Shown piece after piece: positions 28,201-38,039 of a stretch of DNA of 64,000 nucleotides. The stretch spans positions 32,572 to 96,571 of IMG/VR virus record IMGVR_UViG_3300021364_000009, one strand, 5' to 3'. This DNA comes from a virus. Made by a program: the position numbers and the translations under genes. How positions within the stretch are numbered: position 1 is the first letter of the stretch; every line of letters starts with the position of its first letter. The notes under the pieces are model-generated. The model worked only from the letters and a program-made list of their open reading frames with translations, made no database searches and had not been told where the DNA came from.

Positions 28201-28564
28201 ATCTGTGTGGGCAATAGACTCAGAACTTTTAAATAAGACACAAGACTTAGGTGGGGCTAGAGGTCGAGTCTTTATCGAGAAAGAAGAAATGAGGATGTTG
28301 GACACTTTGGAGAGGGTGAACTCGCCTTCTTGGGAACATAAAACCTGTACCATCGTAAATGATGTTGGCTTAGGTATAGAGGGTATAAAGACCAACAACA
28401 GAATTTTGATTGCTTTAAATATAGGGGAGAGTCCTTCAGAGTATTCTTACTATGTAGACTACAATGTTGAAGGACAAATAGAGACAGTTTCGGAACTCAA
28501 GCTAAACAACTTCTCTTTCTTTAGAACAGGTGATCTGAATTTCACATATGAAGAGGTACAGTAA
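25292..28564 (+). CDS. baseplate J-like (gp6-like) wedge protein
   Basis: GSVVRD, LASNFGVSR...ASGEVEF, IPTGTVV, VQALEAGLNGN, GGTETETNSEL, GKVDVWV. Confidence 0.85.
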   Translation: MIKIIKPDGNTVETPVHYSTSLQTVYIRGLVPVEVNRIEIEYANTRFSPEDVYVNNGQFTFPNPNVFSEGIDLSTGQNNFKINAFNNNISYGMLELNVIFSSDVVGLATPPSGLKVNRSNNFVEISFDHIDESVSYYNIYASSVSGGVLSNYFKINFEPLSPSKYGKREEISSPIKEISSDMSVEPVDPLFLELSVQQKDVSDVTLSNNVLDAFEVPETVSRVRISSSFQSVALKTRVSFNHFRNAEPTSIPPTIPVGVLSSTPLDKPLYYVATSVKVIGGVEVESAISSEVSGMPIQVTNTTLSLPVVGRDQMATDMIQSIFLAQPNIAVQAGSVVRDVIIDPFLSEMERVRFLLDFCYRSSSFSGLLSIDDPLNEGASIPVEDSQYKTVLTQALFTTEDQVQYFIDSAFEKLASNFGVSRSIGKQASGEVEFFTTTTPTSSISIPTGTVVSSSTSDFITTLSVVMNVDQLSQYYNPTTKKYSITVPVQALEAGLNGNLTSDQINQGAPFGLKVTNSAPTFGGTETETNSELASRALATLSSVDVGTKAGLERVSRSIAGVVNSFVVDSESPFMQRDEGLGGKVDVWVRGESLATVSDIYAPSYQSHFESRFIPISTGYVFRNMEATVESPISQMIDRGNLGFGLRNLSTSTVFDLTNVTVLDYRTIQLDNTIPQPTYNVADNIVGDWRSNVSSKIVLKRQPVREIKAISYAEGTEISDFVFVDKEDALRLGRSSKSSDHVLITNDTTRNKIISITGEAHTVVGFYPERLGNLGVDQLSIVVSDVAGTTIYKSPFLNDSPDYTISRDSNDITYIQRTSDSAIKDGDVVHVSYEHLENIVVSYVTNLVVSNAQNSIDNSKNIFADIVVKEAIGCFVDIKATVVLDRGVRSTLVDSEIRYALTSFINESSLGGSIRHSEVVTVLNSVDGVNHVVLPLTQMSFAHDTYILREGISLGSSGFNRVPSLSNSRVSVWAIDSELLNKTQDLGGARGRVFIEKEEMRMLDTLERVNSPSWEHKTCTIVNDVGLGIEGIKTNNRILIALNIGESPSEYSYYVDYNVEGQIETVSELKLNNFSFFRTGDLNFTYEEVQ

Positions 28565-31500
28565 TGAAGTTTATCCCTGATCTTCGAGAAGACAAAGACC
28601 CTCTAGGGTCGTCGTCTCAAAACAAAAAGAAATTTGTCGATTATATTTCAGAGCAAGTCACTCTAAACTTAGCTAATTCGACAGCTTCTAACTATAACTT
28701 CCAAAACTACGGCTCAAATCAGAGGATTATTTTTGAGTCTGTAGCGAAGATCATTGCAGAAATATTTGTAGACATTTCAGACTTTGAAGACGATATTTCT
28801 TTTTCTAACTTAAGATCGGAGTTTATAGCCAACAAGCTCCTAAGCTTGGTTTTTGAAGAAGAAAACATCCCAAACATAAAAGACACAGAGAATTTAAGAT
28901 ACCTCTGCCAAGAGGTAGTTCAAAGTCTTCTCTTGGGTTCTACCGAAGAAAGCATACTAAAAGCTTTAGAGAGCACTAAAGATGGTGACTTAATTGAGCT
29001 AAGGCAGATTAGTCAGCATGTTATTTCTATATATTCTTCGACCCTTAAATACACAAGCAACCCTTTAGATACGACAACCCCAATGCACCGACATGTAGTG
29101 TTCGCTAAGTCGAATGGTGTCGGGGCGACTTCTGCACCTATCGGTAAGAATTGGGGAGAAGAGCTTCACTACCACGAAGTTGTAGATGGGGTGGTTCAAC
29201 CTTATAACGGGCATACACATGATGTAGAGCTAGGTATTTCTTCCACTTCTCTTGAAGAACAAGAAAATCTGAGAAAGGTGTTGCGTACCACTAAGCCGGC
29301 TCACCTAAAGATCGGAGAAGTGTCTTCTGTTTTAGCTGAGAGAATTCAGCCTCCTTCAGGTTCGACCGTGAACTTTAAAAAAGAAGGTGGGGTTATTTCT
29401 GTAGTTAACCCTGAAAAGGAAGAAGACTTCATCTTCTCACTTGGAGGCTCTTACCAAGAAAATATGAGAAAGGTAAGGGTTGGTACATGGGAGAATGTAG
29501 TCTTCGGATACTATAAAGACCAAAAGATCAGAGTTTCTAATGCTCTTGTAAGTCCTCTCGACAACATCTCTGTAGGTGGAAAAATCAGAAAAGTGTCGGA
29601 GGTTGTGGAAGTCTCTGTTGCAGACGGAGAATATGTTGCAAACCTTCTAAGACACAACAAAACTTTAACTGTGAATGTGTTAAATGGGTTTATTTCTGTA
29701 GATGAAACAATAGGAAACAACGAAGTTTTTGTAATAGAAGGAGAGTGTTATTTTGCAGAGAAAAGGGCAAAAGGAGTTTCGTATCTTAAAGCTATAGAAA
29801 TAAGATTAGCTTCTTCTGTAGATGTCGGAGAAGGTCTAAATGAAGTTTCTTTCTTAGATTTAAGCTGGTATTCACCCACCACACTTAAATACCGAAAAGC
29901 TGTTATCCGAGTTAGAGAACACGGGGGTTTTTTCTACGCAGAGTTGAATGTGCCTCAAAGAAAAACATTTAGAGGGCTACCTGTTCTTAAAGAAGATTTT
30001 ATTATAGACCCACAATATGTTCTTTTAGAGTACTATCCTTATTTCTTGTCTATAGCAGGTCTCTCTAACAAGATTGTCTTGAAATTTGAGAACACCAACC
30101 TAACTGAAGGGCAAGAAATAGAAATACTATGTCCACTAGGTGAAGACGATCTTATCAACTTCACGGAACTCAACTCAGAACAATTCGTTTTAAATGCTTC
30201 GAGAAAAACAAGAAGGAGCGAGAAAGTACCTAGCCCGTCAAAGATCGCAACTCAGAGTAAATACAACTCTAGTTCTTCGCCTACAGTCGGGTTGTACCCA
30301 ACTCTTCCAACACAGCCGTTTAACTTTGAGACATTCAAAGCAGACTCTACTTCTTTAGGTACTTTTGGCTTAAACACATATGATCCGACAGACATTACAA
30401 ACTCACAGAAGAACCAACTTCTCGTAGGTTTGAACTCTAAGTATAATTCTTATACGCACTTCACATTAAACACATACAACAAAGTCTCCTCTAATGTTTC
30501 TGATATAAAAGACTATGCAAGAAAGACTTTAAGTGTTTTTGGAGGCGTTGTATCTTTCAACGCTCTAGGCTTCAGACCTGACTTTATCGTTTCGGTTTTA
30601 GATTCAGACTTGAGAGAGTATCAATATGAGATCACGCCTAGAGGGTTGAAGGTTTTTGGAGCGGAAGAAGGTCTTGAAGTTACAGTCACTTCGATTTCTA
30701 CCAATCCGTACAAGAAATCTACTTGGGCAAAAGGAAATGTCCTCAGCGAAGGACAAGCTCCTTTTGATTTCCCTGAGAAGAGTATTCGAGAAACTACGTC
30801 TTTCCCCGAAGACATCATGCGAAATCCACAAGGGAGAGTGCTAGACTCTTCAGATTTTGCGGAAGACAAACAAAGACTAGACTTATATCACAAAGAAATA
30901 ACATCTGAAGGGGTGGTGGCAGAGGAGATTTTCTACGAAGACGATCTGACTCGGTTAGAAATAAAAGGACACCCCTTTATTAGAAATATAAAAGCGATTA
31001 AGCCCACAGTTAAAGTAGTTCGTCCCTCTCTGATGACAAATACGTCTAACACTCTTATTGGGATACGAAGTGTTCTAAACAGACGTGAAGTGCTTGAAAG
31101 TGAAGGGCTAAGAATAAAACTGATCCCCAAGGAAGACATTGATCTTCTTTCACGTTTCTTTTTCGGTGTGTTCTTGGAAGATCAAGTCAATATCAATGAT
31201 GCCGACCAAGAAATACCTCTTATTTCTTTCAAAGACCATCAAGATGTCGGTGATGTGTTAAATATCAATGACGATGGTGTTTCTTTAGAGTTTAACCTTT
31301 CTCTCGAAGACGAAGTTCCTCTAATCCGAGACAACCCTTTAGTGATAGGTGGGGATTTCCTTTTAGAGGAAAACCTCGAAGATGGCGTATCCATCTCAGA
31401 TTTAGACCCTCTCGACACTGTGTATTTGCTAACGCCTTCCAACGAGGATGTATTGGACACGGTTTTAGTTTCTGATGAGCTTATCGACACTGAGTTTACC

Positions 31501-33297
31501 TTCACGATTTCTGAAAACCTCGAAGATGGTGTCTCAATCTCAGACATAGAGCCTCTTGGCACTGAGTATATATATACTCCTTCCGACGAGGATGTGTTAG
31601 ACATAGTATCCAACACAGATGAACCCGTTGAGACGGACTATAGATTCGCAACAGATGAAACCTTCACGGATACTGTAGTTATTTCTGATGTGATGAATGA
31701 GAGCGATTTGGTTTCTTACCAATTCAACCCCATCTCAGAAACAGACACTGTAGTTATTTCTGATGTGATGAATGAGAGCGATTTGGTTTCTTATCAATTC
31801 AATCCTGTCTCAGAAAACGATAATATTGATGTTTCAGATGAAGGTGTCAACACACAATTACAATTCTTACCTGTTCCAGACTCTGCCACAGATGACATTG
31901 TAAGTCTCCAAGATGACGCTGTTAATACACAACTTGGTTTCACATTAGATGTAGGGGACGAGATTTCGGATGTGACCTCAGTCACAGACCAAGAAATAGA
32001 TTTGGATTACGCACCAACTCTTATTCTTTCAGTCCAAGTGGACGAGAGGATGGCAGATTACGATTTTACTATCACGATATACAGGGTTCCTGAAGAACAA
32101 AACCTTAACGGACCATACTACAAACTTGATTACCCTGAAATTGTGGCTTCGGGACAAACTTCTTCTTCTAATCAAACCCCTTCTTTTGAGATACGAAATC
32201 CAACTTGGTCTTCCACTATTGGTAATGACTTTAAGCTCTCTTCTATAGGGGGAGATGAAGTTATAGAATCTGGAAGCGGTGCAAATGTTTATACCAATGC
32301 AGACGCTGTGTACGATAATCATGTGATAGATTTGTATGTAGGAAATGACTCTTCAAGCCCAATACTACTCAACGAAACCTATTACATGATTATTACTTCT
32401 CAAGGGGAGAATAAGACAGACTATAACTTTAATAACCTACCCATGAACTTCAGAGTTTCCATGCAGATGGTGTTTAAGTCGCCTAGCTCTTTCAACTTAG
32501 GTACGAGCGATACTCAAGACAACATGGGTGAGTTGAGAGGTAACTATGTAGAATTGTGGGAGTCTACGACAAACACCACTCAATTTATAATGAGTGGTGT
32601 TGGTACTAACCAATTTAATTTCCCTGAAGCAGAAACAAGAGTTTGGAAGTTTGAAACTACACCACATTACGACACAAGAATAAATGGAGTTGCAACTTCC
32701 TTACCTGTCTTTAACCCTTACAATAATGGTCCTGCAAGGCTACCTATGGTGGAAGTTACAAACTTAGCTAATGCTCCTATAGACCATACTCAGATTTTCC
32801 CGCTTATCCCCGCTTATGCAACAAATGGTGGAGGCTCCGCTACTTTGTTATATATGGCTCTATTTGTTAGTTGGGACTCTACCAGCAACGAGTCTATTTC
32901 TATAGAAGAAAGAATTGCAACATCGAGCACCACATACAATGTGTCCTCGTCGAGTAGCGAGCTATACCCCCATTCAGAAAACGGCTATCTTTCTAGCGAC
33001 TTCCCAGTCACAGCTTCTTCAGGAACCTATACAATAGCTCTTAAGAGTACTCTTTCTCCTTTCACAGATCACAACTACCCGTTAGAGTTTTGGATTCACA
33101 CCCATAAACACTACCACATTACAGTGTCAGACCCATCTAAGATTTCTATCCACTTAGAGACACGATGGCTTAATGATTCGTATACGACGTATACGTCGAG
33201 CAACCCACCCCCTGTAGTCAACTTCAACACGCTAACTAACAACACCAATTCTTTCCTATTCTATATCCGATCTGATGGTAAGATATACATTAAGTGA
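28564..33297 (+). CDS. baseplate/tail protein with HxH motifs and an acidic repeat region
   Basis: Follows the J-like gene; KPAH motif typical of gp7/P2-I-like wedge proteins; HRH, HYH and HTH motifs; D-x-V-x-I-x-D repeats. Confidence 0.65.
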   Translation: MKFIPDLREDKDPLGSSSQNKKKFVDYISEQVTLNLANSTASNYNFQNYGSNQRIIFESVAKIIAEIFVDISDFEDDISFSNLRSEFIANKLLSLVFEEENIPNIKDTENLRYLCQEVVQSLLLGSTEESILKALESTKDGDLIELRQISQHVISIYSSTLKYTSNPLDTTTPMHRHVVFAKSNGVGATSAPIGKNWGEELHYHEVVDGVVQPYNGHTHDVELGISSTSLEEQENLRKVLRTTKPAHLKIGEVSSVLAERIQPPSGSTVNFKKEGGVISVVNPEKEEDFIFSLGGSYQENMRKVRVGTWENVVFGYYKDQKIRVSNALVSPLDNISVGGKIRKVSEVVEVSVADGEYVANLLRHNKTLTVNVLNGFISVDETIGNNEVFVIEGECYFAEKRAKGVSYLKAIEIRLASSVDVGEGLNEVSFLDLSWYSPTTLKYRKAVIRVREHGGFFYAELNVPQRKTFRGLPVLKEDFIIDPQYVLLEYYPYFLSIAGLSNKIVLKFENTNLTEGQEIEILCPLGEDDLINFTELNSEQFVLNASRKTRRSEKVPSPSKIATQSKYNSSSSPTVGLYPTLPTQPFNFETFKADSTSLGTFGLNTYDPTDITNSQKNQLLVGLNSKYNSYTHFTLNTYNKVSSNVSDIKDYARKTLSVFGGVVSFNALGFRPDFIVSVLDSDLREYQYEITPRGLKVFGAEEGLEVTVTSISTNPYKKSTWAKGNVLSEGQAPFDFPEKSIRETTSFPEDIMRNPQGRVLDSSDFAEDKQRLDLYHKEITSEGVVAEEIFYEDDLTRLEIKGHPFIRNIKAIKPTVKVVRPSLMTNTSNTLIGIRSVLNRREVLESEGLRIKLIPKEDIDLLSRFFFGVFLEDQVNINDADQEIPLISFKDHQDVGDVLNINDDGVSLEFNLSLEDEVPLIRDNPLVIGGDFLLEENLEDGVSISDLDPLDTVYLLTPSNEDVLDTVLVSDELIDTEFTFTISENLEDGVSISDIEPLGTEYIYTPSDEDVLDIVSNTDEPVETDYRFATDETFTDTVVISDVMNESDLVSYQFNPISETDTVVISDVMNESDLVSYQFNPVSENDNIDVSDEGVNTQLQFLPVPDSATDDIVSLQDDAVNTQLGFTLDVGDEISDVTSVTDQEIDLDYAPTLILSVQVDERMADYDFTITIYRVPEEQNLNGPYYKLDYPEIVASGQTSSSNQTPSFEIRNPTWSSTIGNDFKLSSIGGDEVIESGSGANVYTNADAVYDNHVIDLYVGNDSSSPILLNETYYMIITSQGENKTDYNFNNLPMNFRVSMQMVFKSPSSFNLGTSDTQDNMGELRGNYVELWESTTNTTQFIMSGVGTNQFNFPEAETRVWKFETTPHYDTRINGVATSLPVFNPYNNGPARLPMVEVTNLANAPIDHTQIFPLIPAYATNGGGSATLLYMALFVSWDSTSNESISIEERIATSSTTYNVSSSSSELYPHSENGYLSSDFPVTASSGTYTIALKSTLSPFTDHNYPLEFWIHTHKHYHITVSDPSKISIHLETRWLNDSYTTYTSSNPPPVVNFNTLTNNTNSFLFYIRSDGKIYIK
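31369..31818 (+). repeat. intragenic coding tandem repeats (144-bp pair at 31369/31513; 75-bp pair at 31669/31744)
   Basis: ENLEDGVSISD..PL twice; DTVVISDVMNESDLVSYQFNP(I/V)SE twice, with near-identical DNA. Confidence 0.9.
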
Positions 33298-33342
33298 TTT
33301 TTTAATCTTTTATACTCATTTCATTCCCAAAAGGAGATTGTT

Positions 33343-34098
33343 ATGTTGAAAATCAAAGGCTATGTTAAATGTGTTCTCCGAAATAGAGAAGGAGAGATTG
33401 TTCAAATCGAAGAAGGTGAGAACTCGCTCACAGAGATGAGTAATAACATTCTTATGGACTGTCTCTCACCTATGGTTGGGACTAATCAAACCCCTTTTTC
33501 AGCTCCTGATAGAGGTGCTCTACGACCTACAACCGACAGTAGAAATTATACTGATGACTCTGCTTATCCCACAGGCTTTGACTATATGGGTCCTGTAGGC
33601 TCTTCGGGGCTGTCAAACATAAATCAGAGTAATCATATTAATATGATTGGTTGGATTGCAGTTGGGACAAACACAGGCACAGATGGACAAGGTGGAGCAC
33701 ACCCCAATGCTAACCAAGATGTGGCTGAACCTACATACCAATACACGATGGTTGATTCTTCATTTGACCCCCTTCAAGCAGGGGACGATGGTGCAAACGA
33801 TGCTAAGTATTGCAGGAAGATCGACTCTTTCGATTATACAGAGGCTAAGAAACTTAAGTTCACGACTACGTTCGGTACGGGTGAAGGTAACATTGAAATT
33901 TCAGAAATAGCTCTTTGGACAGCAGGTCAGAACATTGACGCAAATGGTTTTGTAGCTAACACAAACACAGCGTCAAGAAACTACCCACATTCTACAACAA
34001 ACATGAGAATGTTTGCTCGTAGAGTCTTAGCTAACACTATTTCTAAGACCAATGACGGTACTTTAGAGGTGTCTTACACAATTACCTTTGGGACTTAA
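33343..34098 (+). CDS. tail collar/baseplate-associated protein
   Basis: IAVG...FTTTF...ISEIAL...MFARRV...ISK...LEVSYTITF pattern; similar fold to the next gene. Confidence 0.65.
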   Translation: MLKIKGYVKCVLRNREGEIVQIEEGENSLTEMSNNILMDCLSPMVGTNQTPFSAPDRGALRPTTDSRNYTDDSAYPTGFDYMGPVGSSGLSNINQSNHINMIGWIAVGTNTGTDGQGGAHPNANQDVAEPTYQYTMVDSSFDPLQAGDDGANDAKYCRKIDSFDYTEAKKLKFTTTFGTGEGNIEISEIALWTAGQNIDANGFVANTNTASRNYPHSTTNMRMFARRVLANTISKTNDGTLEVSYTITFGT

Positions 34099-34104
34099 AA
34101 TGTA

Positions 34105-34117
34105 ATAGTCTTTCTAT
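34105..34117 (+). promoter_or_regulatory. putative late promoter motif
   Basis: ATAGTCTTTCTAT immediately before the RBS hairpin. Confidence 0.5.
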
Positions 34118-34182
34118 TCTTTCTTGTTGTTGATTTATGTGTTGGTAAAATAAACTCCAACACATAACCCCGATAAGGAGGA
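34118..34182 (+). promoter_or_regulatory. long imperfect hairpin occluding the SD of the gene at 34187
   Basis: Perfect 11-bp inner stem 34135..34145/34157..34167; 12-bp outer stem 34118..34129/34171..34182 (four G-U) covering AAGGAGG. Confidence 0.7.
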
Positions 34183-34186
34183 CTAG

Positions 34187-34798
34187 ATGAAAAATAAAGA
34201 CTTTATTTCTGCACCTGCTACAACAGGGCTAGGTTTTGGGTTTAACTTCAGAGAAACGGGTGTCTCTGTATTGGGGGAAGTGAAGGCTACGCTTTCATAT
34301 GCAGACGGCAGAGAAGAAATAGTCGTAGATAAAAAAAACATCTATACTCTTGATGGTGGTGTTTTAGCGGCGATGCTTTTTAAGGGTGAAGCAGGTGTGG
34401 GTGGTCTAAAGAAGTTAGCTGTAGGAAATGGAGCTAACGGAGACGCTAGTTCTCCCGATATTGCTACAGACAAACAAAGACGCTTGAATGTCGAAGTGGA
34501 AAGAAAAGACTTCTCCGCTGTAGTTTACCGAAAGCCAGATGGCTCTGTGTCCGACGTTCCGACCAATGTTATTGATTTTACTACAGTTTTCTCAGAGAAT
34601 GAGGCTAACAGCGGTTTGAATGAGATGGGTCTAGTATCTCCCTCTTCTCCTTCTGTGATTAATGACCAAGACCCTCAAGATCGAGACACAGAAAGAGACT
34701 TGAGAGCTTACGATATTCTCGTTAATTACTTGACGTTTCCAGTAATCAATAAGCCACAGGGTTCAGTGCTTGCGATAACTTGGCGTTTGACTTTTTAA
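34187..34798 (+). CDS. tail collar/baseplate-associated protein
   Basis: LAVGNG...FTTVF...EAN..LNEMGL...YLTFPVINK...ITWRLTF pattern. Confidence 0.7.
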   Translation: MKNKDFISAPATTGLGFGFNFRETGVSVLGEVKATLSYADGREEIVVDKKNIYTLDGGVLAAMLFKGEAGVGGLKKLAVGNGANGDASSPDIATDKQRRLNVEVERKDFSAVVYRKPDGSVSDVPTNVIDFTTVFSENEANSGLNEMGLVSPSSPSVINDQDPQDRDTERDLRAYDILVNYLTFPVINKPQGSVLAITWRLTF

Positions 34799-34810
34799 GG
34801 AGGTGTGTAA

Positions 34811-37800
34811 ATGTCTGTCAAATATTTACCCTCAACGACGAGAAGTTTGCCTGTTTTAGATCGTTCTTGGGACAGTGTTGTATTTCAAGATGGAAAGCCT
34901 GTTTTAGATAGCGAACTTAATCTTAGCCAAGACATATCTAAAGGTGTCAAATACAACACGACAGCTTCGGGGGTAGTGTCTGTCTACCCTAGAGAACCTT
35001 CAGAGTTTAATTTTGTTTTCGGTGAGACACCAAACACTTTCTCAATCAAGTCTTTTTCTGCGTATGTATCAGGAGAAGAAATCGTTGTAACAGGCTCCAA
35101 TTCTACTACCACTTCTAATGTGATTACTTTGCCTGCCCCTACAGTTAATGGATCACCGCCTGACTCTAAAAGAACAGACTTCGTATTTCTTGAGGTGTGG
35201 AAACAATTAGTTTCTCCTAGTTCTCCTGCAACTGCGATGTTAAGATTAATGTCTAATAGTGTAGGTGACATTTACTTCGATGGAACCTCAAATGTTGGTG
35301 GTGGGTTTGTAACTTTAGCTGTAGGTGTAGATTTTCAAATAGGAGCAACCATCCCCGAAACGGCAAGAAGTATTAGAGATGCGATCAATCAGCAAAGCAC
35401 GTCTAATACGCTTGGTCTGCCTATAGAAGCAGAGACAAACGGAACAGAGTTCATCTTCATAACTATTGGTGGAGGTGCTTCTTCTAATAATGTTGTCATC
35501 ACCACAGCTGGAGACGTTAATATAAAACCCCCCTCAGGAGGTACGAATGGGCAGGGTATGCCAAACCCTACAAGTCTGTACCCAAATGGCAACACCCAAG
35601 CAGACCCGACTCTTTATTTAGCTTCAGATATTCTCGATAGCTTCGTAGCGGAAGAAACTACGAAAAGAGTTCAGATACAATATCGCTTCAGAGTGTTTTC
35701 TTTGGACTATAACGGAGAAGGGCAGTCCCACCCCGATGGTATCAACCCAAAGACTCAGTTCTATGGGTTTGATAACATCAATGTCTTAGCTCAAGGGGGT
35801 AAGACAGCACCACAAGCTGGCTACTATTTCTCCAAGGCAAATGGGACAGACATTGTTAGAGCAGATGGGGAGACAAACTCTTATCCTTTTGTTGACTCTG
35901 GTCTATTTTACTGTGGAGATGGAACTGAAGAAAGCTCCACTGCTTTAGGTACTGTAGATGGTTATGTCTACGCTATTCCTATTTGTTATGTGTTCCGAAG
36001 AACTCAAGGTGCTTTTGATCCTGAGCACTATGCGAACAACGCTTTGTTGTCTACCCATACTGGTACTTCTAACAATGCTTTAATTTCAGACACGATTATT
36101 TCAGTTGGTGCAGGTATTTCAGATAGACCTGATGGTCAGTTTAGTGACCTTATTTATCCTCAAGATATTTTAGATTTGAGGACTACGGTATTCCCACATG
36201 GTTTTGACTATGCTTCAGAGTTAGTGAGGCAGTTTCAACTTCTTTTAGACAACAGGAACGAGACTTGGGCTATAGATTCCTCTGATTTCAGACCGCTCGC
36301 CAATGCAAGTGGGGGTATTTCTACAAAACCCATCGTGTGTGAAGAAATAGGGAGGTCTGTTGCGAATGGAGGCGTAGGAGATACGACTCAAAGAGGCACA
36401 TACATAAGAGACTTCGACCATATTTCTAGGAGATTTAGTAACACACCTTCTTTAGAGCGTGTTATTTTTGAGATTAAGTATGATGTGTCTCAAAATTACA
36501 GTGGAGTTCTATCTGTAACTAAGAACGGTTTAAATGGTTGGCATGATGGTGATGTTATTTCTTTCGATCTAACTTCGTTAGAAGCCAGCTCAAAGTTCAG
36601 ATATTGGGACGCACCTTCAAGACCTGGTTTGAGCTTTGCAGACTGTGCTCCTACAGGGACATATGTTATAGATGTTTTGGAGTGTTGGCACGACGATGGG
36701 AACAGTGCTTCAGAAATAGACACTAGCGTCCAAATAAAAAGAGTCTCAGGGTTAGGCACTGACAATATTTCTATTATTTTAGACAGAAATAACACTGCCA
36801 TAGACTTAGGGACTACAGGCACTCAGATTGTTGGAAATACGAATGACGGTGATCTAGGTTCAGATCGAAGCCTTTTTGTCACACTTCTTGTGGAGTACCC
36901 TGCTAAACAAGGGACTTCTGCGACACCTTTAGGTGAAGCAATCCAAGGAGATACAACAGTCTACCCTACAGGACCGGTATTAGAATATAGGAGAGACCAA
37001 AAGCAAATAGACGCATTTCATGTAGATCGTCCTCCTGAGATTTTCTATAGAGAAGGAAGTCGTGAGGTTGGAGTTGAGCTAGTGGGGGAGCTTATTACTT
37101 CAGAGTTTATTTCTGAAAGTATATTTGGAGTTCGTCTTCCTTGGAGAGTACACTTTTCAAATGGTTTTGAACCTACCGTGACTCGTCTCAGCGATAACTT
37201 TGTGATCCCCTTAGATTTAAACTCCTCTAAGTTTGGTTCTAGTGACACATACTTAAAGTTTTTGAACCCAATCGCACAAACTGCGTTAGTTGAGGTGGCT
37301 TCTTATCCTAGAATGCCTGTTTCTAACTACGGGGCTAGTGGTTATCAGATCGCTTGCTACTACCGCTCCGTTTCACCTCAGACCTGTGGGTCAAAAGCCA
37401 CACCTACCAATGCTGATCTTAGTTTAGAAATACAACCAATCATTATTTCAGATAAAGTATGGTCGATCACTAAAGGTGCATCTTCTACAGAAGATGCGTA
37501 CCCCTTTTTAGCTCCTTTTGAGCAGATCGGTGTAAATCCTGACTTGGTATTTTCAGAAGCGGATTTGCTTGGGAGCTGTTTTATTTCTTTAGAAGACTTC
37601 GATGTTAACACAGGACTCTTAAATCAGAATGCACTCGTCCCTATGGATCAAACAGACGTGTTTTTGTTTGAGGGCGTTCAAATGGATATGGGTAAGAGAG
37701 TGGTGTATCGGAGAGTACAATCAAACTCTTACATGCCGAGCACTTACGCTAGAAAGCTTGGCGATAATATTAGGCACAAGAATGCTACTTGTTTATTGGG

Positions 37801-38026
37801 GTTGGTGAAAGCATCTTCTAGTGGTCACTTCAATAGAGGAGAAGTAGTTCTAGTCGTTATTTCAAGAGTATCTGAGGCTCTTGATACAGGTATCTCTGAC
37901 CCTTCTCGTTCTAACTATGTCGCACTTTTAGACAGTGACGATGACACTGTGGCTTGTGTGTATAGAACGCAAGGAAGAGTATTAAATAAGCAAAGAAAAA
38001 TATCAACGATTGATGTGCAGTCGTAA
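34811..38026 (+). CDS. tail/baseplate structural protein (DUF4815/DUF6519-like N-terminus), paralog of 55767..60938
   Basis: VVFQDGKPVLDSELNL.Q, RTDFVFLEVW, ETTKRVQIQYR, VDGYVYAIP, DILDLR. Confidence 0.7.
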   Translation: MSVKYLPSTTRSLPVLDRSWDSVVFQDGKPVLDSELNLSQDISKGVKYNTTASGVVSVYPREPSEFNFVFGETPNTFSIKSFSAYVSGEEIVVTGSNSTTTSNVITLPAPTVNGSPPDSKRTDFVFLEVWKQLVSPSSPATAMLRLMSNSVGDIYFDGTSNVGGGFVTLAVGVDFQIGATIPETARSIRDAINQQSTSNTLGLPIEAETNGTEFIFITIGGGASSNNVVITTAGDVNIKPPSGGTNGQGMPNPTSLYPNGNTQADPTLYLASDILDSFVAEETTKRVQIQYRFRVFSLDYNGEGQSHPDGINPKTQFYGFDNINVLAQGGKTAPQAGYYFSKANGTDIVRADGETNSYPFVDSGLFYCGDGTEESSTALGTVDGYVYAIPICYVFRRTQGAFDPEHYANNALLSTHTGTSNNALISDTIISVGAGISDRPDGQFSDLIYPQDILDLRTTVFPHGFDYASELVRQFQLLLDNRNETWAIDSSDFRPLANASGGISTKPIVCEEIGRSVANGGVGDTTQRGTYIRDFDHISRRFSNTPSLERVIFEIKYDVSQNYSGVLSVTKNGLNGWHDGDVISFDLTSLEASSKFRYWDAPSRPGLSFADCAPTGTYVIDVLECWHDDGNSASEIDTSVQIKRVSGLGTDNISIILDRNNTAIDLGTTGTQIVGNTNDGDLGSDRSLFVTLLVEYPAKQGTSATPLGEAIQGDTTVYPTGPVLEYRRDQKQIDAFHVDRPPEIFYREGSREVGVELVGELITSEFISESIFGVRLPWRVHFSNGFEPTVTRLSDNFVIPLDLNSSKFGSSDTYLKFLNPIAQTALVEVASYPRMPVSNYGASGYQIACYYRSVSPQTCGSKATPTNADLSLEIQPIIISDKVWSITKGASSTEDAYPFLAPFEQIGVNPDLVFSEADLLGSCFISLEDFDVNTGLLNQNALVPMDQTDVFLFEGVQMDMGKRVVYRRVQSNSYMPSTYARKLGDNIRHKNATCLLGLVKASSSGHFNRGEVVLVVISRVSEALDTGISDPSRSNYVALLDSDDDTVACVYRTQGRVLNKQRKISTIDVQS

Positions 38027-38039
38027 GGAGTAGTCCAAG

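Noticed and set aside
31669-31818. 75-bp direct repeat as a possible CRISPR array or DGR template/variable pair
   Set aside because: The copies are adjacent with no spacer, in frame within a CDS, and the differences are mostly synonymous rather than adenine-specific; there is no cas or RT gene in the window
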